A stretch of DNA of 64,000 nucleotides. It comes from Nitrospirales bacterium. GTDB lineage: Bacteria; Nitrospirota; Nitrospiria; Nitrospirales; UBA8639. The notes under the pieces were generated by a model. That model saw only the letters and a list, made by a program, of their open reading frames with translations. It did not search any database and was not told where the DNA came from. Below, piece by piece: positions 43,901 to 56,037 of this stretch (the stretch's first letter is position 1; each line of letters opens with the position of its first letter). The stretch spans positions 1 through 64,000 of the forward strand of contig CBDBCZ010000019.1 in NCBI GenBank assembly GCA_965203295.1. The letters run 5' to 3'. The position numbers and the translations under genes were made by a program.

Positions 43901-46763
43901 TACAGTACTGCTTGTCTAAATGCACCTCTTCCTCCGTTTACAATAACACCTGTTCTATAAGTTTTGTAATTTGCATTTCTACAAGCTGTGGCTTGACAAT
44001 TTATATGCTTTGTGGGTTCAGTTCCTGGAACTGTATATGTCAAGAACTGCTTTGGGAAGGGGTAATCCCAGGGTAGCCCCCTCAGTATGAATCTCTGCAA
44101 GCTCAGGCTCATGATTGCATTCATCAACAGCAGCTAGCTTGCATTATTAGTCATGATGTGCTTATACACTGCAGTTATACAATAGCATGGTCTTTCAATA
44201 TTATAATTTCTCACCTGTAAGTCTGGCTACTTCTGTATCACATGTGGATCCATCGCACACAGTGAGAGAATCATAGTGTTCCTCCAGTTTCAGATAGGAG
44301 AAGCTGATCTTTACTGTATCACCAACTTTGGCAACAATGGTCCATGTACACTTGATGTTGTTGGGGTAATTCATGGGGAAATTAGGTGACTGCAGTGGTT
44401 TTAGATTGTCACTAGCATATAGCCTGCCCCCGCAACCTATAGTGCAAATTGATATTGTTTTGCGAATAAACTGTTGTTTTTTTCCCCTGGAATTAGCTAT
44501 ATGAGACACATTTTCAGACAATGTGCAGAAGCTGGTAGGGAGCATATAGATGGCAACAGGTATCACAGTAGTTGGTTGATCATGAAATCACCACCTTTCA
44601 GAAGGGGGACTTCAAAGCCTACTAAAGATAGTGCACACACATCTTGTGAATACCATTGAACTAATTTCTATAGCACTGGCAATGTCAGCACTTGTTAGAA
44701 GCATGAATATGCTTGTAGTCCAATGGGACTGCACTCTTACCAATATTTAGCAGCCTATTGGGAGTTGCTGACCGGACATTTCCAGGAACTGCGTCCAGGT
44801 TGATGACGCCTTCCAGCGACTGGTCAATGATTTTCTGCTTCAACTGACTGGGTGTGTGAAAGGGAGAGCGAGACAGATACACTGCTGCCACACCGCTGAC
44901 TAGACCTACTGCCTGACTGGTGCCACTCCGGGAAATTTCACAATCAGGACAACTGTAGTCTGCTCCCCAAAGAGACTCGCCCGGTGCAAATATGTCGACA
45001 CAGCTGCCATAGTTACTGTGCTCATATAGGCTATCATCACGTGTCGTTGCTCCAACAGTGATAGCATGCACTGAGCTAGCAGGGGATGTGGTGCACGCAT
45101 CAATATGATCATTTCCTGCGGCCACCACAACTGGAATGCCCTGCCGGTAAAGCGTTTCAATTGCATCGTTAATTGAGTGGTGAAAACTTCCCGTAAGCGA
45201 AATGGATATGATGGCATTCCTACCTCGCTTAGGCACGATAGAGGAAACAAAGTCCAGTCCGTCTAGCACTGTACTCAGTGGTGCGCTGTTCTCGCACCTA
45301 AGAACTCTCACGCTATACAGAGAAGCCTTCTTAGCCACACCATATTTTCTACCACCAACCAGACTGGCTACATGCGTTCCGTGTCCGTGACAGTCCCGGC
45401 CGCTCATTCGTTGAAAACTATCTGTACCTTGCAAAAATTGATCGACGGGATCGTATCCGGCATACTTCGCTCGATACTCAAACTCCTCGTGATCAAAATT
45501 AATTCCAGTATCGAGGATGTATATATCCACTCCTTCTCCATCACCAACTGAAGCATAATGGCTGTCTAGAGGGAGAGGGGTCTGATCCAGTCGATCTAGG
45601 TGCCACGGCAGTGCTGCACCCTCAACCAAGTCCTCTTCTTCAATGTACTTGACTTCATCAAACTTACGAACCTACAAAGAGAATTAATGTTTGACAGTTG
45701 CAGTAATGGAACAATCTACTCCCAAAATGTGAACTAGATATCTTGTTCTTGTTTTGTGGGTTGTAACTAAAACTCCTTTTCCTAAGTTTCCTAGAACACT
45801 ATCATTTTCACATCTACTTCCAGGAAAAACACTAGTGAAAATGAAAGTGAAATTTATAATTTATTTAGTGGATGGCTGCTCTTGTTAAGTGCACAATACT
45901 TAAATCCATAATGTACATGCACCTTAAGCTACACCAAATTATTGCAGCTGCTCAGCCTCAGAATGCAGTATATAGGCAGGCACTCTATATACTACCTAAT
46001 ATCAGGATTGAGACACCCCCAAATTTTTTTGTGACCAACCACTGTCCACACAAGCCTTCACAACTGTTCTGCAGTTGCAAAAAGAAGCTCCCAGATCCAT
46101 AAAGCATGCATGTGTGCATATATAAGATCATTTTGGTGCGACCTTAACACCCTCCTGTGTATGTACAGGGAACAGGATATATATATATTCACCACAGTAG
46201 ATTTAATGACGTGTTCTGCAATGGTGTCCTTGCTGGGGGAACAAACTCAGGCAGCTCACAAGACTCATGATCAGCGACTCCCCATTTATCCTTCTCTTTA
46301 GCTAGTATACTGAAAGAAACTTTGGATGCTCTTCTCCCCTCGAGCTCTTCGAATCTAACTGTTAAATCTGTATAAAAATGGCAAATTAGCTGCCGCTTCT
46401 GTATGGATTCGTGATAACAGTCTCTGTAACAATATGTGCCGCAAGCTAGCATGCTGCGGTAGATAGCTACATATATTATTACTACAAACTCACCTCTTCC
46501 AGACCTTCTGCAGAGAGCTTAACAGTGATGGCTTTCTGGACGTTTTTCACAGCTGCGTACACTCTTTTGTCGACAGAAACCTCTCTGACGCGAGAGAGAA
46601 CCTGCTCAAATTCTTCCGGTGCGATGGTCTCTTTCAAAACGACGATGTAGCAGCCGGTAGTCGGAACATCTCGAGGGGACCGGATTACGGGCTTGCGAGC
46701 ATTCGTTGTCCCCGCTCCAGCGAGTACCAAGAAACAAATCACTAGCCACAGTGTCTTTGCCAT
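40978..46763 (-). CDS. Secreted subtilase A: signal peptide, I9 prodomain, S8 (proteinase K/PCSK9-like), CUB, 5 ILEI/GG-type domains; about 1318 aa. Exons 46763..46494, 45671..44741, 44436..44215, 43725..43570, 43355..40978.
   Basis: Signal MAKTLWLVICFLVLAGAG; I9 YIVVLKE...VKYIEEE; catalytic motifs YILDTG, HGHGTHVA, AAGN, SGTSQA; CUB CGG...SPNFPMNYPNNIKCTWTI...YDSL...TDG...GFSATY; five repeats with RGLNV, FDT and SWAIIGRKG motifs. 3957 nt in frame. Confidence 0.88.
43383..43548. mobile_element. CAGTGGAACC-type (pogo/Tigger-like) MITE, degenerate left end
   Basis: Right end aggttccactgTA, left end gtatggaacc, with internal aggacac repeats. Related fragments at about 15265..15319 and about 59113..59240. 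Confidence 0.5.
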
Positions 46764-47567
46764 TACTTTGTGAAACTCTGACAACTGCGGACTGCGGAGC
46801 GAGGCTATGGGCAGCGTTCACTGCGATACACCCAGACACCAGAAATTAAAAGTGCCACTGATGTTTCGTTTACTGCTTAGTTGGCATAGTTTCAGAATTT
46901 GGGCCAAAACACATGAATGTTATCTAGAGTCCCCTGGATCCGATTGGGCGATCCGGACATCTATATACTCATGATCTAGCGGTTCGCAAAAGCGTTTGCA
47001 TGCGCATGCGTGGTAGATCATAGGCCTGTCATAGAGGCGCGCGCTATTGTTGAACACCATTGAAAATCTTTAAGCTATCAAAAACCATACAGCTGTGACT
47101 CAAGTTGTAATGTGGCATTCATACATAATTGAAAGTGAAACGGCATGCACACATATCATGCAGCTTATAGAATTCATACACACAAAGCTGTTATACTACT
47201 AGCAATAGCTATGCATGGTGTCCACGCTCTAAAAGTAGCAGACTAAACTTAAGCAGCAGCAGTTTACTTAATCGTTTAATAATCCTGCAAGAAGGAAGGA
47301 CAATAATTGTCTATATTAAAACCAGGCCAGAACCACATTACTAAAATACAAGGAGCTAGTTCTTGAACTAAGGAGTGGGTGGATCTGCGTTAAGCAACTG
47401 CAAAGTTTTGCATTAAATGGGGTATGTACAGCTATAGATAGTCGTGCATGTATCTAGCTGTACTGAATGGAAGGGGAAAATGTAGTTTAGCTAGCTATGC
47501 ACATACCTATAAAGAAAGGAATTACACAGAATGCCACGTGTACATACCTTCGCTGTCCATATTCCAG

Positions 47568-50500
47568 TCAGCCCAAAATGGGTGAGGTTTTGGCAGTAAA
47601 GGAGGTGGTGAGACAATTCAGTTTGTACAGTGTCCCGTCACAAGTTTCACTTGATACTTTCACCCGCGACTGTAGCGCAACTTTATTTGGGTGATGTGCC
47701 TCAGGTACGGAACCCGGAGATGCCCCTTTCAGGCCAATAATGCCCCATGCATGATGGTCTTGAACATTTCGAATGAGAGCACTGCCTATACTTTCAAGGG
47801 CCAGTTTAGCATTCTCTGTCAGATGATCTGCCACTGCATCCCAAATGATAGTAGCAACAACCTTATCTGGAGGAGTTTTCTGAATCATAACAGCCAGTTG
47901 GTCCGATCGTGCGCTGCTCACATTCGTGTCAAAATTTTCAAATCTTTCTATCATGCAGGTTGACTGATCAACAACAGCAACTGTAACGCCATGAGATATT
48001 TGTCCATTTCCTACTACCTGTCCGTTGACATCAATTCCACCTCTATGTGGCCCATTTGGGTTGCTAACGATGATGCTGCATGCGTTATAATCTGTAGAAA
48101 TCCATTCACTGGTTTCAACAGCTGCAGTGTTGCTAGCTACTTCTGCAACAGTTCCTTTGGGAGCTCCTTTCCTGCCAATAATAGCCCAAGATCCGCGATA
48201 CCCGACACTTCGAATGAGATGGCTCCCAATGCTTTCACAAGCTTGAAAAGCTGGCTCTGTGAGTCGTTTAGTGCCTTCATCTCGTATGGTAATTGCTACA
48301 ATCCTACCATTAGGGAGAGAAGTAAGGAGATTGGTAAATGCTTCAGCTCTCGCAGAAGAGCTAAATGAATCAAAATTTTCGCCATGAATCACACTTCCAT
48401 TTTTTTCATTCACGACAATCACATTCATTCCACGACTAGTAACACCTGGAGTGGTAATGACAGTACCATCAACAGAGATTTCCCAGTAGTTTCCAACCAA
48501 ATAACCAGCTGATTTTGCAATGATCTGATAACCCCCTTTAACAAACCAGGAATCTACTTCAACAGCTGCAGTGTTGCTAGCCACTTCTGCAACAGTTCCT
48601 TTGGGAGCTCCTTTCCTGCCAATAATAGCCCAAGATTCTCGATGCCTGATACTTCGAATAAGATGGCTTCCAATACTTTCACAAGCTCGAAAAGCTGGCT
48701 CTGTGAGTCGTTTAGTGCCTTCATCTCGTATGGCAATTGCTACAATCCTACCATTAGGGAGAGAAGTAAGGAGATTGGTAAATGCTTCAGCTCTCGCAGA
48801 AGAGCTAAATGAATCAAAATTTTCGCGATGAATCACACTTCCATTTTTTTCATTCACAACAATCACATTCATTCCACGACTAGTAACACCTGGAGTGGTA
48901 ATGACAGTACCATCAACAGAGATTTCCCAGTAGTTTCCAATCAAATAACCAGCTGATTTTGCAATGATTTGATAACCCCTTTTAATAACAAACCAGGAAT
49001 CTACTTCAACATCTGTGGTGTGGCTGCTTGCCTCTACAATGGTACTTTTTAAAGCTCCCTTCTGGCCAATGATGGCCCACGAATGTCGATACCCTATCTG
49101 CCGGATAAGTCTACTTCCAATACTTTCACAAGCTTGAATAGCTGACTCTCCAAGGGATCTGGTGGCTTCATCTTTGATAGCAATCACTACAATTCTGCCA
49201 TTGGACAGAGAACTAATAAAGTTGGCGAATGTCTCAGAGTGAGCAGAAGAGGAAAATGTATCAAATGATTTTCGATAAATTACATTACCACTGTGTTCAT
49301 TTATCACAATGACGTTAAGTCCACGAGCATGTCCAGCGCCTAGTATCTCAATAACTATACCATCAACAGAGATCTCCCAATAGTTTCCAATCAAAAAACC
49401 AGCTGACTTTGCAGTAACATGGAAAAAGCTACTCTTCACCTTTAGTTGCTGTGTTGCCCTCAATGCAGCACTGCTTGCCTGTAGCACTTCAGGCACAGAG
49501 CCTCGAGCAGCACCCTTTCGACCAATGATGCCCCATGCACCTTGAAGTCTAACGTTTCTAATCTGTGCACTTCCAAGACTTTCCAATGCTAGTATTGCCG
49601 TTTTTGTTAGATTAGTGCCTGCTTCATCCCAAATTGTTGCAATTACGACTCTGCCTATTGGAACTTTATGAATCAGGCTTGCTATGTCATCTGCACTCTG
49701 TGTGCTTGCATAGGTATCAAATGTTTCCACTTTCTGAACAACACATCTCTCTTCTTCAAGGATAGCTACAGAAATCCCACGGGAATGCCTTGCCAATGAA
49801 ACGTCATTAACTGAAATGCCTCCATTCAGCCCATTTAATTTCCCAGGTGAGTTAACACTAACGTTACAAGGGTTCAGAATAGCTGCTAAGTCTAGTAGCA
49901 ACCAGTAAGTTGATTGAACATCTCCGTTGTTGCTACCAGCTTCTGCTACACTACCAATGGGAGCTCCCTTTGAACCGATTATTGCCCAGGATCCTCCATA
50001 TTCTATCTGCTGAATGAGACTGCTCCCTATGCTTCTACAAGCTTGAATTGCAGCTTCAGTAAGTGCATGTATTGCTTCCCCCTTTATTGCAATGCTTACC
50101 ACTCTGCCGTTAGGAAGAGAATTGATGAGACTAGCAAATGCATCAGCTGGGCGAACATTGGTAGCATAGTCAGTGTGCGTATCGAATATTTCTCTGTGAA
50201 GAATATTACCATTACTTTCATTTATCACCACTACATGCAGTCCATTGCCGTGCCCAATATGTGGAATAGATATTGTCTCTCCCTCAATGCTCATCTCTGC
50301 AAAGTTTCCAAAAGAGGTCCCTGCTGACTTTGCTACAATTTGTAAGCCATGCTTCCTCCTTTGCTGTAATCTGTATTGAATGGAGAGTTCTACAGAATCG
50401 CGCTCGTCAAGCTTCTCAATGGCTGTACCCGGAGCTGTTCCCTTGGTGCCTATCATTGCCCAAGAGTCCCCATTGTTCAGCTGATGAATGTTCTGTGATC

Positions 50501-53500
50501 CTAAGGTCCTAATCGCTTGCTTAGCTCTGTCATTGACTGGCTGTGCTCCATTGCTACTTGCAGCAACCAAGATAACACTACCACTTCTGCTGTTCTCAAT
50601 AATAGCTGCAAAACTATCGGCTTCCTGCACGGCAGCATAGATATCAAAATTGCCGCTATAGCTAGTTTCTCCCGTTAGCTCATCCAAGATGACAACACTC
50701 AATCCCTGCATTCTTCCAGCAAAAATTTCTTCCCAGTCTCTTTTCATGGAAAATCTGTTTCCAGCACTCCTTACATCAAGCTGAATAGCTGAAATTGCTT
50801 TATCTTGCTTGCAGCCTGGTAATGAGAGGGGAAAGGGAGTATTTCCACTACGAGTACATGCATATAGCTGCTGAAAAGCATGAGTGTTCGTTGGACAACC
50901 ACCTAGTTTTTAGTAACCCATGCACTGAACGCTTGCATGTGTATACGTTCATTTAACTGCAATAATGTATAAGCATGCCACATCTAGAAATGATAATACT
51001 GTATAGGTCGGGCATTAGCTAATGGCGAGAGTCTAAAATAATTGCAAATTGCATATTTAGAGCCAGGTCACATTTTTAAAAAAATGTTTTGAACAAATTA
51101 TGCATTGTGTAGGCCATATAGTATATATAAACATTAAACATGGGCTGTCGCTGTCTTGTTGATACATTTCCTTTCAAAACCATGAAACACAAGTTTTTAA
51201 TTACAAGTACTTGCGCGTGTTCAACTCGCTCACTCTGTACAGATAGAAATGAAGTGTGACGTCTATGCGATTTGCATGGAACAGTATAGCATCTTCTGCC
51301 AATGAAGCAGTGCTTTTGACTAAGCCACATGTCAGTGTTGAAAACTGACTCGTCACAGTGGGGGGTAAGTATATAGTACGTGTGCACACTACATTTCTTT
51401 TAGAAGCCAAAGCATGTACTATGTATTGTACATGTAGTATATATAGCTATCATACGGTATGTGGAGCATCTGCCAGTGGCAGTAGCCTGATCGAGACTTT
51501 GACAGTAGTTCCTGCCTGAGCTATGTGGAGGCAGTAACTCAAAGGAGAGACTGCAAACAATTACAAAACCATACTCACATCAGCACATGTAGGCGACTGG
51601 AACTGACTCCATTTAATGCACATCGTCATATTCTGTCTAGCGTAGCAGTTACAGCTGTGCATGGTTTACACTTACAGGACTATACAGCCACTAACCTTCA
51701 CAATAGAGCGCGCTCGAAGTTCTGATTTGAGGCCATCATGATAATACCGTCGGCTGTCAAACGCACGCAGCGGTCGAAGTCGTCCCAACGCATGCAGCGG
51801 TCAAAGTACTAATTAGCTATGTACACATGTGATGACGTCACGGTCTTCTTGCGTATTCTCGCGCAATCGAGGGTGATGATTAGCAGACGTCACATCTGTT
51901 ACACACGGACGGACAGAACTAACGTTAAAGTATTGATAAACAGTTTAAACCCTGGCCTATATGGTATAGCGTACAGTAATGACACAACAATATAAGGAAC
52001 TGGGTATTATATACCCCATGCATGCACATTCACTTATGCGTAGCACTTTGCGGAATGGTCACATCATAGCTACTATAATATTATACCAACCTTTCTCTTT
52101 GTCGTTCTCTGCAGAAGTCTCAAGGTGGTTGACATATGTGGCATTGAATCCGGGCGAGGTGGAACTCCCATCAGTTTGCATCACCACTGTCAAAGCACTG
52201 GCAGTTGACACATAACAGTCGGTATGCTCATGTTTCCCTGCAATTTTGAAAATATCACTCTGTAGCAGCATGCACTGAAAGTTGCGATATCAACTATATT
52301 ATAATATAGCTCTAGATATTATAATATGGCATACTACAAATAGGCTGCATATGATAAACAGCTATAGCAATGGCATTACAGTGAGCTAGTGACTGCTACA
52401 CTTCGGGGGGGGAGGGGGGGAGGGAATAATTAGCTGAATATATTTGTATAGTTTACAGACTCACCTGTAAGGATGGCTATGGTATTAGAGTGACTACAGT
52501 AGCTGCCATCACATATGATGAGTGTATCGTAGTCTCTTTCAAGCTTGAAATACGAGAGGTCAAGTGATACTTCACCTGCTCTGCTGTACACAGTCCATGA
52601 GCATTTGAAATTGTTGGGGTAGTTCATGGGAAAATTTGGTGATTGCAGGACTTTCCGATCATCAGTAGCATACAGAGTTCTTCTGCAACCTAAGAAATAT
52701 AAATTGTATCATCTGATTGCTGTGTCTATATATTGGGTGGCTGCTATTGCTATAATATACAAACATAGACAGTAGAGTACTCTACTATCTATGATCTATG
52801 ATACAAAGAATGATTACGTTAAAACAACACGACTGTGTTACGTGCTCTTACCTATACTGAGCAATCGGTTAGGTGTTACTGAACGATGAGTTTCAGGAAT
52901 TACATCAAAGTTTATGATGCCTTCCAGTGAGTGGTGAAGTATTCTCTGCCTCAGTTGACTGGGCGTGAGACGTGGGGATTCAGACAAATACACTGCTGCC
53001 ACGCCGCTGACCAGAGGTACTGCCTGACTACTGCCGGTCATATTAGTTATGCAGTTACGACAAGTGTACAGTGCTCCCAAAAGAGACTCTCCCGGAGCGA
53101 AGATGTCCACACACCTGCCGTAGTTGGTTAGTGCATACAAACTATTCTCACCGTTAGTTGCTCCAACGGTGATAGCATATGCTGAGCTTGCAGGCGACTT
53201 ACCACAAGCATCACCGTGATTATTTCCTGCAGCCGCAACTACTGGAATTCCCTGCTGATAAAGGGCTTTGATTGCATCATTTATTGAACGGTGAAAGTGT
53301 CCTGATACTGAAATAGACACAATGGCATTCCTACCCCTTTCCGGTACTATAGATGATACAAAGTCCAGTCCATCCAGTATTACACTCCATGGTGCACTGT
53401 TATCACATCTCAGCACTCTCACACTGTAAAGGGAAGCCTTCTTAGCCACACCATATTCTTTTCCACCGGCCAGACTAGCTACATGCGTTCCGTGCCCATG

Positions 53501-55552
53501 GCAGTCCCGGCCGCTCATTCGTTTGAAATTATCAGTACCTTGCAAGTACTGATCAACAGGATCATACCCTGCGTACTTTGCTCGATATTCAAATTCCTCA
53601 TGACCAAACTCAATTCCTGTGTCGAGAATATATATGTCCACTCCCTCACCATTACCAAATGCAGAGGCGTCATGATCTATTTGGACATGGGCTGGGCCCA
53701 GTCGATCTAGGTGCCATGGCAGCGCTGCACCCTCAACCAGATCTTCTTCTTCAATGTACTTGACTCGATCAAGTTTGAGTACCTGAGAAAGGACCAATTG
53801 TCTCAATGAATAAGTTCAGGTATATAGCTATAGCTAGCTAGATGCATATGACCGGGGTGGAGGATATTGAGTCACAGTCTGTTTTGGGGGTGACACCGTG
53901 TACATGTACCGCATTTTCGCGAATAGACGCCGCCCTCGATTAGTGGCCGCCCTCGAATTGTAGCCGCACCTCCGGAAGTGCTGAACGAAATAGTGGCCGC
54001 CCTCGATTAGTAGCCGCGGCTATATTCAAGTATCACGTGAACAACCTCGTGACAGCAAAATTATGTTTGTTTTTACAAGCGTAATAGAATAGCTAGCTAG
54101 CAGTCGTCTAAAACCACTTCGTTCTGCTCCAGCTCGTCCTCGCCTCTTCAAGATCTGCGAAGGGGTCCAAATCCTCGGTATCGGTAGTGAAGTCACTGGG
54201 AGAAGGAAACGCGGAAACGGATTGGAAGTGCCATGTACGTACCGCTTTGTAGCCAAGCGACGGCTAGTCAAGAAGCTTGAAGTTTTGCTTCAAAATCGAG
54301 TCACAGCATCGTGATTCGCGATATATATCTCAACTGGCTTTTCTCAAAGCCCTCATTTTTGCAAAAGAATTTGCCAATTCATGCTCAGTTTAATAAACGC
54401 CGCCCTCGATTATAGTCTGGCGAAGCCAGACCCGAGCGCGAAGCGCGAGGGTCTGGTACGAAGCCTATATCACGTTTTGTACTGCTGCAAAAAATATTGC
54501 AGTCCAATCAGATTGCAGGACGGCTAATTATAACATTCCGGTAAAGTCACGTGGACTAATCAGAGTTTTATAGCATACAGAGAGTATGGAGAGAGTACAT
54601 GTATCGTTTGAGACGCAGAAAGTGAGACGCCGCTAGAAGTGCAGCGAAGGAGCTTGGTTATCACGACCTGAAGCCTGAGCAATTGGCAGTTTTGTAGTGT
54701 GTTTGCCGTACTCCCAACGGGGTATGGGGAAAGCCTTTGCTTTGCATGCGTATCTTTTTTGTGTTTGACAAATTGCCTGAGTACGGGTGGAGAATACGGT
54801 TCCATTGCAGTAGTAGCGACTCCTTTGACAGCGATCACGAACATACACAATTTAACATAATCATATTCATTGTGGGTTATGTAACCGCAAACATTCCAGC
54901 GGTACAAAACGTGACATAGGCTCCGTACCAGACCCTCGCGCTTCGCGCTCGGGTCTGGCTTCGCCAGACTACCTCGATTAGTGGCCGCCCTCGAATAGTG
55001 GCCGCAGAAAATCGCGCGATGAAATAAATAGTAGCCGCGGCGTCTGATCGCGAAAATACGGTATATCATGCATGCATGTGGTCAGTTTGTCATTTAAAAC
55101 TAAGGTTGACTTTGGTGAAAAGTTTATAGGTGTAGTAGTATACTCACCCTTGAAGTTTTTGCTAAAGATCAGTACAGAAGTGGGCATGCATAGCTATCGC
55201 ATGCGCATTATTTTTTTTTCTCGCAACTACCTTGCTAAGATTTACCGCTCTACAGTTGTGCTGTACGGCTCACCTCTGCCAGAACATGCGCGGAGAGTTT
55301 GACAGTGACGGCCTTCTGAACGTTTTTCACAACTGCGTACAACTTTCTGTCAATAGAGAGGTCTTTAACTTGGGATACAATCCGCTCAAACTCTTCTGGC
55401 TCGGTGGTGTCTTCCAGAACAACGATATAACAGCCGGTAGTTGAAGCTTCTCTAGGGGAGCGAATTACAGGCTTACTAGCACTCACAATCCCCACTCCAG
55501 TGAGGAGCGAGATACAAACTGCGAACAACAGCGTCTTTGCCTTTCGCTGCAT
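47568..55552 (-). CDS. Secreted subtilase B: signal peptide, I9, S8, CUB, 7 ILEI/GG-type domains; about 1609 aa. Exons 55552..55274, 53782..52852, 52689..52465, 52237..52091, 50815..47568.
   Basis: Paralogue of gene A with the same intron positions and phases and an identical 931-nt S8 exon length. Catalytic motifs YILDTG, HGHGTHVA, AAGN, TGSSQA. Seven W(A/G)xIGxKG repeats. 4830 nt in frame. Confidence 0.88.
51709..51940 (+). repeat. Dispersed repeat; second copy at about 57090..57308
   Basis: Shared blocks gctcgaagt..atttgaggccatca, tattctcg..caatcg and acggacagaa..ttaaag..tgataaa occur in the same order in both copies. Confidence 0.55.
53909..55061. mobile_element. TA-flanked Tc1/mariner-type non-autonomous element carrying a nested insertion
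   Basis: TA|ccgcattttcgcgaatagacgccgc ... gcggcgtctgatcgcgaaaatacgg|TA, with internal 18-bp ccctcgattagtggccgc repeats. Confidence 0.75.
54413..54971. mobile_element. 559-bp MITE with TAG..CTA ends, about 70-bp TIRs and a perfect 9-bp TSD
   Basis: cctcgatta|tagtctggcgaagccagacccgagcgcgaagcgcgagggtctggtacg...cgtaccagaccctcgcgcttcgcgctcgggtctggcttcgccagacta|cctcgatta. Confidence 0.88.
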
Positions 55553-56037
55553 TGCGTTGTGAATACATACTGCGGACTAGACTGTCCGCTTATATATGTT
55601 GACATAATACATGTACCTTGCTGTGGACGTCATCGCTAATTAGTCTCGTTCCCAGCCCCACTATTTATTTTTAGGGAACGATTGACTAAACTAATCGCTA
55701 TTAATAATTTCACATGAACTGATGAAAAAAATCAGGTCGATGGTTTTAGCGTAAACAGGTACATGTAAATGATAATGGAATTTCTTGACGTAAAACTCTA
55801 CCCTTGCTATGCACGTCATCACGAATAACTTCACTGAACTGTTGAAAAGAGTCAAAAGCGAAAGGTCGATAAACAGGCGCATAGCTGACGTCGGCCTTTG
55901 ACCTTAGCCTCCGAAAAATATTTATTGGTAGGTGTGGCCTGGGTACGAGGTTCCACCTCCCTAGCGGATGTACGTGGGTGGACCGAAGAATTAAAGAAGG
56001 CGGGGCTAATTGAGGTCAAAGTTCTGGACTCTAGAAA

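Noticed and set aside
44595..44618. 24-nt phase-1 micro-exon (GFEVPLLK) between S8 and CUB in subtilase A
   Set aside because: The donor (GTGGTG) is weak, there is no counterpart in paralogue B, and it is not needed for frame. Left out pending RNA-seq.
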